Shown piece after piece: positions 48,740 through 57,107 of a stretch of 57,107 nt of DNA; position 1 is the stretch's first letter, and each line of letters begins with the position of its first letter. The notes under the pieces are model-generated. The model was not told the DNA's origin and made no database searches. It saw only the letters and a program-made list of their open reading frames with translations. The stretch spans positions 1 to 57,107 of the forward strand of contig JBDZWC010000002.1 in the NCBI GenBank assembly GCA_040256005.1, given 5' to 3'. Source of the stretch: Deinococcaceae bacterium. Its GTDB lineage: Bacteria; Deinococcota; Deinococci; Deinococcales; Trueperaceae. The position numbers and the translations under genes are program-made.

Positions 48740-48973
48740 ATGATGTTCTGGATCGTGCTCATCGTGTTCGTGATCGTGTCGGCGCTGCTGACGGTCGTCG
48801 TCCTGATGCAGGAGCCGAAGCAGTCCGGCCTCGGTGATGCGCTCGGCGGCGGCGGTGGCGGCGGTGACTTCGCCTCGATGGGCGGCACGGCTGGCGGCCT
48901 CCATCGCCTGACCATCTACCTCGCCGCCATCTGGGGCGCGCTCGCCATACTCATGCAGGTCGTGCCGCGCTGA
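48740..48973 (+). CDS. secG: Preprotein translocase subunit SecG
   Basis: Two TM helices flanking VLMQEPK.SGLG..GGG, L.RLT; GGAGG SD. Confidence 0.9.
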   Translation: MMFWIVLIVFVIVSALLTVVVLMQEPKQSGLGDALGGGGGGGDFASMGGTAGGLHRLTIYLAAIWGALAILMQVVPR

Positions 48974-49004
48974 CAGCGGCAGCCTAGCCCGCTCACGTCC
49001 TGCA

Positions 49005-49031
49005 CGGCCGGTCCCGCCTCGGGGCCGGCCG
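49005..49031 (+). terminator. Hairpin downstream of secG
   Basis: CGGCCGGTCCC-GCCTC-GGGGCCGGCCG; weak U tract. Confidence 0.5.
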
Positions 49032-49093
49032 TACCGCTTCTGCGGCGCCCCGCTTAGCCCTTCACCCACCCTTGAAGTACCGTCCCCATCGCG

Positions 49094-49122
49094 TTGACGC
49101 CCTTTTGACCCGATGCTAGATT
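49094..49122 (+). promoter_or_regulatory. Sigma70 promoter of the opp operon
   Basis: TTGACG-N17-TAGATT with extended -10 TG. Confidence 0.65.
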
Positions 49123-49339
49123 CGCAGCCAGTGGGTAACAAACCGCGTGCGCCCACGCCGCGATGGCGAGAGCATCCCGTATCACCAGCAGTCCACCGCA
49201 GTCACACACCGCGGGACGCCGTTCCCGTCGGATACCTTGCGGTGACGCCGGGGAACGGGTAGCTTAGACCGTCGTTACGACATCGGCGGATGTGAACGGT
49301 TGGAGGAGCCGAAGCGTCCGCTGCATCCCTGGAGGTAGC

Positions 49340-51085
49340 ATGAAGAAGCTGGTACTCGCCCTAGCCGCGCTCGCGTTCGCCGCGTTCGCGACTGCCGAGC
49401 CGTTCGTCTGGCCAGCCACCTGGTCGGCCGCGTCCACAGACGAGGTCGTCACTGGCGGCACGCTGCGCAGCTACATGATCGGCGACCCGCGCACGTTCAA
49501 CCCGATCACGTCGGCCGAGTCGCAGGCGCTGTCCGACCACATCTTCAGCGGCGGCCTGCTCATCACGCGCGGCCCCGACTCCGACGTGTGGGTCCCCTAC
49601 GCCGCCGAGACCTTCACGATCAGTGAAGACGGCACCACCGTCGACGTGACCATCCGCCCCGACCTCGTATGGTCGGACGGCTCGCCCGTGACGGTGCAGG
49701 ACTACTACCTCACGTACGTGCTCCAGATCGATCCCGACGTGGGCTCGAACGGCCACGACAGCTGGTTCGTGGGCGACGACCAGATCACGCTCGAGATCAC
49801 CGGCGAGCGCAGCCTGCGCTTCAACTTCCCGCGCCCTGACCGCGAAGCGCTTCCCGTGGTCGCGATGGCACCCACGCCGGACGACGTGTTCGGCGAGGCC
49901 TACCGCAGTGGCGGCGCCGAGGCCGTGAAGGCCCTCTGGGGCACCGACGTCGACCTGTCCACCACCAAGTGGGTCAGCGCCTTCATACCCGTCAGCTACA
50001 CGCCCGGTGAGCGCGTCGTGCTCGAGGCCAACCCCACGTTCGGCCAGTGGAACGTGGACTCCGCCGGCAACCCCCTCCCCTACCTCGACGGCTACACGCT
50101 GACCATCGCCGACCTCGACGCCGCCCTGAACCTGTTCCTCGCGGGCGAGATCGACCTGTTCGGCCCGCGCAACCTCGACGACATCGGCGTCATCAACCAG
50201 GCGATCAACAACGGCGACATCGACGCCACCGTGCTCGAGTCCGTCGCGCCCGTCGCCTCGAGCCAGTTCATCGTCTTCAACTGGAACATGGCCTCCAACC
50301 CCGAGATGGAAGCCCTGTTCCGCAACGTGAACTTCCGCCGGGCCATGGCTCACCTCGTCGACCGCGACACGATGATCGAGCTCCTCTTCAACGGCGCCGG
50401 CACCCCGATGTACACGAGCGTCTACCCGATCAACACGTTCTGGGTGAACGACAACGTCACCAAGTACGACTACGACCCGGAGGCCGCCGCCGAGCTCCTC
50501 GCGCAGATCGGCTACGACCAGACGAACTCGAACGGCGTCCTCGTGAACGATGCCGGCACCCCGATCAGCTTCACGCTGGCCACGAACGCCGGCAACACCG
50601 TCCGTGAGCAGATGGCGCAGATCTTCGCCGACTCCGCTCGCGAGGTCGGCGTGGACATCACGGTCGAGGCCATCGACTTCAACCTGCTGGTCGAACAGCT
50701 CCTCTCCGAGGGCACCGACCGCCCGTACGAAGCCATCCTCATCGGCCTCACCGGCGGCTCGCGCGACTGGCCGTTCGGCTCGAACGTGGTCCCTTGCGGC
50801 ACGAACCTGCACATGTACAACACCAGCGGTGAGTGCGTCGCTGCGCAAGAGACCCTCATGACCTCGCTCTACTACGAAGGCCGCGCGACGCTCGACACCG
50901 ACGCCGCCCGCGAGATCGGCCTCGAACTGCAGCAGGTCGAATCCGAGCTGGTGCCGATCCTCTACACCGCGGCCCAGATGAGCCACTACGCGTGGACGTC
51001 CAGCCTCCGCGGCGAGCACCAGGAGGGTCAGATCAACGCCCTCGTCGGCTCCAGGGAACTGGCCCTGTCCTTCTTCGGTCAGTAA
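49340..51085 (+). CDS. Peptide ABC transporter substrate-binding protein (OppA/DppA family 5)
   Basis: Signal peptide MKKLVLALAALAFAAFATA, GGTL, DPRTFNP, WSDG.PVT, LPYLD, FRRAMAH..DR, YDPE.A..LL; GGAGG SD. Confidence 0.92.
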   Translation: MKKLVLALAALAFAAFATAEPFVWPATWSAASTDEVVTGGTLRSYMIGDPRTFNPITSAESQALSDHIFSGGLLITRGPDSDVWVPYAAETFTISEDGTTVDVTIRPDLVWSDGSPVTVQDYYLTYVLQIDPDVGSNGHDSWFVGDDQITLEITGERSLRFNFPRPDREALPVVAMAPTPDDVFGEAYRSGGAEAVKALWGTDVDLSTTKWVSAFIPVSYTPGERVVLEANPTFGQWNVDSAGNPLPYLDGYTLTIADLDAALNLFLAGEIDLFGPRNLDDIGVINQAINNGDIDATVLESVAPVASSQFIVFNWNMASNPEMEALFRNVNFRRAMAHLVDRDTMIELLFNGAGTPMYTSVYPINTFWVNDNVTKYDYDPEAAAELLAQIGYDQTNSNGVLVNDAGTPISFTLATNAGNTVREQMAQIFADSAREVGVDITVEAIDFNLLVEQLLSEGTDRPYEAILIGLTGGSRDWPFGSNVVPCGTNLHMYNTSGECVAAQETLMTSLYYEGRATLDTDAAREIGLELQQVESELVPILYTAAQMSHYAWTSSLRGEHQEGQINALVGSRELALSFFGQ

Positions 51086-51104
51086 CGAGGCTCAGGAACT
51101 AGTC

Positions 51105-51138
51105 TTCGGCAGGTGGCTGATATCGGCCACCTGCCGAA
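51105..51138 (+). terminator. Strong intercistronic hairpin after oppA (attenuator or mRNA stabiliser)
   Basis: TTCGGCAGGTGGCTGA-TA-TCGGCCACCTGCCGAA near-perfect inverted repeat. Confidence 0.7.
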
Positions 51139-51253
51139 CCTCGACTCGCATATGTCGATCACTATCTCGAACACGTCGGGCACGCCGAACGGGATCTCGA
51201 CCGATAGCGGCGTAGCAGTGAGATCGCCGGTGCCCTACGTAGGAGCCTGAAGC

Positions 51254-52255
51254 ATGCTTATCTTCATCGTCCGCCGGTTCATCCAGATGGTCCCCACGTT
51301 CATCGGGGCCACGATGCTGGCGTTCCTGGTGAGCCAGCTCGTGCCTGGCGACTTCCTGAACCGCAAGGCTCTCGAGCCGAACGTCAGGCCCGAGACCATC
51401 GAGCGGATGCGCTCCCAGTTCGGCCTCGACAAACCCATACACGTCCAGTACGTGCGGTGGATGTCGAACCTGGTGCAGGGCAACCTGGGCCAGAGCTTCG
51501 TCAGCAACCAGCCGGTCATGGCCCGCATCGCGAGGCCCATGCGCAACTCCATGTACCTCGCGATCACCGCGATCATCATGTTGTGGCTGGTGAGCATCCC
51601 TGCCGGCGTCTACTCGGCGGTGAGGCAGTATTCGCTGGGCGATCAAGTGGTCAGCGTCTTCGCCTACTTCGGGCTGGCCATCCCGAACTTCTTCTTCGCC
51701 CAGGTTCTGATCCTGTGCTTGTTCCTGCTTCGCAGTTTCACCCGCGACAACCTCGGCTGGAACGAGATGCTGCTCCCGGTAGCCGGGCTCACCTCCAGCG
51801 GCTTCGACCGCATGACGCCATGGCAGCAGTTCAAGGACATGGCGGTGCACCTGATCCTGCCGTCGTTCGTGGTCGCCACCTCCGGCATGGCCGGCTTCAC
51901 GCGGGTGCTGCGCGGGCAGATGGTCGAGTACCTGGGTTCCGACTTCATCCGCACCGCACGGGCTAAGGGCATCGGTCAACGGGGCGTGACGTACAAGCAC
52001 GCCCTGCGGCCCGCCATCATCCCCTTCGTCGCCGGGATCGGCGGCCTGCTGCCCAGCCTCGTGGGTGGCGCCGGCCTGGTCGAGGTCGTCATGTCGTACC
52101 CGGGCATCACGCCGGCCTTCCTCGACGCCCTCAACTCGCAGGACATATACGTGGTGCTGGGCCTCCTCGTCATAACCACGATCCTGCTCATGGTCGGCAA
52201 CCTCATCTCCGACCTGCTGCTCGCCGCCGTGGACCCGCGGATCAGGTACGGGTAG
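51254..52255 (+). CDS. Peptide ABC transporter permease (OppB-like)
   Basis: FGLDKP, GNLG.S, IPNFF, DFIRTARAKG, YKHALRP, DPRIR. Confidence 0.92.
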   Translation: MLIFIVRRFIQMVPTFIGATMLAFLVSQLVPGDFLNRKALEPNVRPETIERMRSQFGLDKPIHVQYVRWMSNLVQGNLGQSFVSNQPVMARIARPMRNSMYLAITAIIMLWLVSIPAGVYSAVRQYSLGDQVVSVFAYFGLAIPNFFFAQVLILCLFLLRSFTRDNLGWNEMLLPVAGLTSSGFDRMTPWQQFKDMAVHLILPSFVVATSGMAGFTRVLRGQMVEYLGSDFIRTARAKGIGQRGVTYKHALRPAIIPFVAGIGGLLPSLVGGAGLVEVVMSYPGITPAFLDALNSQDIYVVLGLLVITTILLMVGNLISDLLLAAVDPRIRYG

Positions 52256-52264
52256 GTGGCGGGC

Positions 52265-53491
52265 ATGACGGACCGGGACGAACTGGACCCTAACCAGTCC
52301 GCCACCGGGCAAGAGCTCGAGCACCCCGACGAGCACTACGCCGGCGAGGCGACACAGCGCATCAGCAAGTCACAGGCCACCATCGTCTGGGAGCAGTTCC
52401 GTAAGCATAAGGCGGCCCTGGTAGGCGGCGCGATCCTCGTCGTCATGTACCTGTGTGCGGCGTTCGCGGGGTTCCTAGCCCCGTACGGCATCAACGAGTA
52501 CCGGCGCTCACCGGTAGCAGCCTTCAGGCCGCCGACGACCGTGCACTGGATCGACCCCGAGACGGGCCGGTTGACACGGCCTTTCGTCTACGACGTCAGG
52601 GAGGAGCGCGACCCGGTCACCAGGCAGCGCATCTACGTCGAGGACACGTCGGTCATGTACCCCATCAAGTTCTTCGTCCACAGGCCCAGCCAGCCCTACA
52701 AGATCTTGGGGATCTTCAAGACCGACGTGAAGCTCTTCGGGGTCGACGACCCGGCGCGGATCTTCCTGTGGGGCACGAACAACCTGGGCAAGGACGTGTT
52801 CTCGAGGGTGATGTTCGGCGGTCAGGTGTCGCTGACGATCGGCATCTTGGCCGTATGGGTGACGCTGTTCCTAGGCCTGTTGATGGGCGGCCTGGCAGGC
52901 TTCTACGGCGGGTTCGTCGACGACCTCATCATGCGACTCGTCGAGGTCATCGCCGCCATACCCGGGCTGTTCCTGCTCATCGTGTTGGCATCGCTGCTGC
53001 GGGACCCCCGCAACCCGATCGCCCAGGCCATCGGCCTGGAGATGACCTCCGCGCAGACGTTCCTCATGACGGTCGTCGTGCTGGGCTTCGTGGGCTGGGG
53101 CGGCCTCGCCCGCGTGATCCGCGGGCTCATCCTCTCCGCCCGAGAGCTCGACTACGCCGCTGCTGCCAAGGCGCTGGGCGCCAGCGAGACCAGGGTGCTG
53201 TGGAGGCATCTCCTGCCGTCCACCGCCAGCTACGTGATCGTCGACCTGACGCTGACGATCCCGGGGTTCATCCTCGCCGAGACCGGCCTGTCGTTCCTGG
53301 GGCTCGGCCCCAGCGAGGTGGACACCTCGAGTTGGGGCCTGCTGTTGCGAGACGCCACGGCTCGTGGAGTAAGTATCCAGTTCGTGCCATGGCTTCTCAT
53401 CCCCGGCATACCCATCTTCCTGGCCGTGTTATGTTGGAACCTACTAGGCGACGGCCTACGCGACGCGTTCGACCCGAAGAAGCGCAGGTAG
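52265..53491 (+). CDS. Peptide ABC transporter permease (OppC-like)
   Basis: WGT..LGKDVFSR, GG.VD..IMR, AR..RG, AKALGAS, ETGLSFLGLG, GDGLRDAFDP; start ATG 52265 or GTG 52256. Confidence 0.92.
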   Translation: MTDRDELDPNQSATGQELEHPDEHYAGEATQRISKSQATIVWEQFRKHKAALVGGAILVVMYLCAAFAGFLAPYGINEYRRSPVAAFRPPTTVHWIDPETGRLTRPFVYDVREERDPVTRQRIYVEDTSVMYPIKFFVHRPSQPYKILGIFKTDVKLFGVDDPARIFLWGTNNLGKDVFSRVMFGGQVSLTIGILAVWVTLFLGLLMGGLAGFYGGFVDDLIMRLVEVIAAIPGLFLLIVLASLLRDPRNPIAQAIGLEMTSAQTFLMTVVVLGFVGWGGLARVIRGLILSARELDYAAAAKALGASETRVLWRHLLPSTASYVIVDLTLTIPGFILAETGLSFLGLGPSEVDTSSWGLLLRDATARGVSIQFVPWLLIPGIPIFLAVLCWNLLGDGLRDAFDPKKRR

Positions 53492-53655
53492 GGTGCTCCT
53501 TCGTAGCGGGTCGGGTCTGCGTATCTCCATACAGGTTCTAGGTGACTATCTTGCTGGGCAGCGCTGAAGCACATATAGCGCGCTCTAGCCGACTCACCCG
53601 GTCTGCTGCGGTCCCCTCGGGCGCAGACGGTCCGCGACGAGGAGTGTACGCGTAG

Positions 53656-55676
<2,021 letters not shown>

Positions 55677-55712
55677 CCGGGCCCTCACGGCCCGAAGCCG
55701 AACGGTACGCAG

Positions 55713-55741
55713 CGCGGCCCGACCAGCACGGTCGGGCCGCG
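55713..55741 (+). terminator. Hairpin at the end of the opp operon
   Basis: CGCGGCCCGACC-AGCAC-GGTCGGGCCGCG, 12-bp stem. Confidence 0.6.
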
Positions 55742-55756
55742 GCTTATCATCCGTGC

Positions 55757-55927
55757 ATGACCCGCGAGGGCACGAGCGATGAGCCGGCCACGGCCGCGAG
55801 GAAGCTGACGCCGTCAGACATCTTCCGCCTGATCCTGCGCACCTACTGGGTCTCCCTCCCCTACCTCTTGATCTTCGTACTGGCCCTCCTGGTCGGCACC
55901 TGGCTCGTGACGTCGGCCTTCGAGTAG
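55757..55927 (+). CDS. Small (56 aa) single-TM membrane protein, probably leaderless
   Basis: MTREG...LPYLLIFVLALLVGTWLVTSAFE; TATCAT 6 nt before the ATG; fills the gap before the prenyltransferase gene. Confidence 0.7.
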   Translation: MTREGTSDEPATAARKLTPSDIFRLILRTYWVSLPYLLIFVLALLVGTWLVTSAFE

Positions 55928-55932
55928 CCACG

Positions 55933-57075
55933 GTGAGATCGACGGGCGAGCCGCTGCTGGGAGAGGCGCTGTCCGAGGCCATACGCGAGCGCATGCTCGC
56001 CGCCTTGGCAGAGGCGACCGACCCCGAGTCACAGCTCGCTGCGCTGAGGTCCACGGGGGGTGCGGGACCCGCCCGACCCGGGCACGCCACGGCGGAGGCC
56101 GAGCTGGAGCGCTACGCGGCGCTGCAGGGCGACTACCCACGCAGGGTCGGCAAGACGCTCAGGGGACGTGTGTTGGTCCTCTCGTCCGTGGCGCACGGCG
56201 CCGACCCCGACCTGGCAGACGCGATAACGGTCGCGGCCGCGTTGGAGCTGTTCCAGGCGTGGGTCCTGATCCACGACGACATAGAGGACGGCTCCGAGCA
56301 GCGGCGCGGCGCCCCCGCACTCCATCGCCTCGTCGGCGTGCCCGTCGCGCTCAACGTCGGCGACGCCTTGCACGCACGCATGTGGCGCCTGCTGCACGCG
56401 CTGGTGCCCGGCCCCGACGCCGACGCGCTCCGGGCGGGGCGGTCGGCCGCACGCGCGCGGGCGATCCTCGACGAGTTCGGGACCATGGTCACGAGGACCG
56501 CAGCGGGACAGCACCTCGACCTGGCCTGGGTCGCGGCCGGACGCTTCGACGTCACCGAGGACGAGTACCTGCGGATGGTCACCCTCAAGACCGCCTGGTA
56601 CACGGTCGCGTCGCCCCTCAGGCTGGGCGCGCTCGTGGCCGGGCGGACGCCCGACCCCCGTCTCACCGCCGCCGGTCTGGACCTCGGTGCGGCGTTCCAG
56701 GTCCGCGACGACGTGCTGAACCTGGCCGCCAGCGAGGAAGCTCCCGGCTACGGTAAGGAGGCCCTCGGCGACCTGTACGAGGCCAAGCGCACACTGATAC
56801 TCGCCCACCTGCTCGCCACCGTCGACCCGGAGGAGGCGGCCGAGGTAACGGGCCGCCTCGCCAAGCCGCGCGAGGAGCGCACCGGCGAGGACGTCATCGC
56901 GGTGCTCGAGCTCATGCGGAAGCGCGGCTCGGTGGCGTACGCCCAGGCGACCGCGGACCGGCTGGCACGCCGCGGCATGGAGACCCTCCGCGAGGCCCTC
57001 ATGGAGCTTCCTTCCCGCACCCACGCCGAGGCCCTGCTGCGGGAACTTGCCGTGGTCGCAGAGAGGACCAGCTGA
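55933..57075 (+). CDS. Polyprenyl diphosphate synthase, probably short-chain (GGPP synthase-like)
   Basis: GK.LR, first Asp-rich motif HDDIED..RRG with Trp at -5, GQHLDL, KTA.Y, second motif FQVRDDVLN, KRT. Confidence 0.88.
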   Translation: MRSTGEPLLGEALSEAIRERMLAALAEATDPESQLAALRSTGGAGPARPGHATAEAELERYAALQGDYPRRVGKTLRGRVLVLSSVAHGADPDLADAITVAAALELFQAWVLIHDDIEDGSEQRRGAPALHRLVGVPVALNVGDALHARMWRLLHALVPGPDADALRAGRSAARARAILDEFGTMVTRTAAGQHLDLAWVAAGRFDVTEDEYLRMVTLKTAWYTVASPLRLGALVAGRTPDPRLTAAGLDLGAAFQVRDDVLNLAASEEAPGYGKEALGDLYEAKRTLILAHLLATVDPEEAAEVTGRLAKPREERTGEDVIAVLELMRKRGSVAYAQATADRLARRGMETLREALMELPSRTHAEALLRELAVVAERTS

Positions 57076-57107
57076 GGCGCGAGGACGGGTCATCCGAGCT
57101 ACTCGTT

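Noticed and set aside
48567..49100. tRNA-Leu as the integration site of a genomic island
   Set aside because: No integrase, no duplicated tRNA 3' end seen, and the flanking genes are core (purQ, secG).

Overview
A GC-rich bacterial chromosomal segment, most consistent with Deinococcota (Trueperaceae-like). Support for that placement: a Thermus-type LysJ, bshC, a T-box-controlled type-2 IleRS, and several genes with a TAnnnT -10 box only 5-8 nt before the start codon. Most of the window is housekeeping: clpX, an Rrf2/IscR-like regulator with a cysteine desulfurase, an M23 peptidase, rho, ileS, gap-pgk, two acyl-CoA dehydrogenases with etfBA, SCP2, Nudix, aspartate kinase, FprA, a LIV-type ABC transporter, glnA, ruvC, a large GH13 protein, lysJ, guaB, bshC, purQLF, tRNA-Leu(CAA), secG, an Opp/Dpp ABC transporter and a GGPP-type prenyltransferase. 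I saw no mobile element, prophage or CRISPR array. Two accessory systems stand out. (1) A putative peptide ligation/acylation/cleavage module (RLAN-domain protein, RimK-like ATP-grasp ligase, GNAT-C39-like peptidase fusion, 11.6-14.2 kb) whose halves are coupled to two converging core operons. (2) A non-cellulosomal cohesin-dockerin pair (32.0-34.4 kb): an Ig-cohesin lipoprotein coupled to a secreted dockerin protein with a degenerate matrixin-like domain. Smaller points include a GVHH signature in IleRS, AT-hook-like motifs in Rho, a probable CTG start for pgk, a nested aspartate kinase beta subunit, a degenerate SagB-type nitroreductase and a long structured oppA leader. All family calls come from motif recognition by eye; no database search was run.
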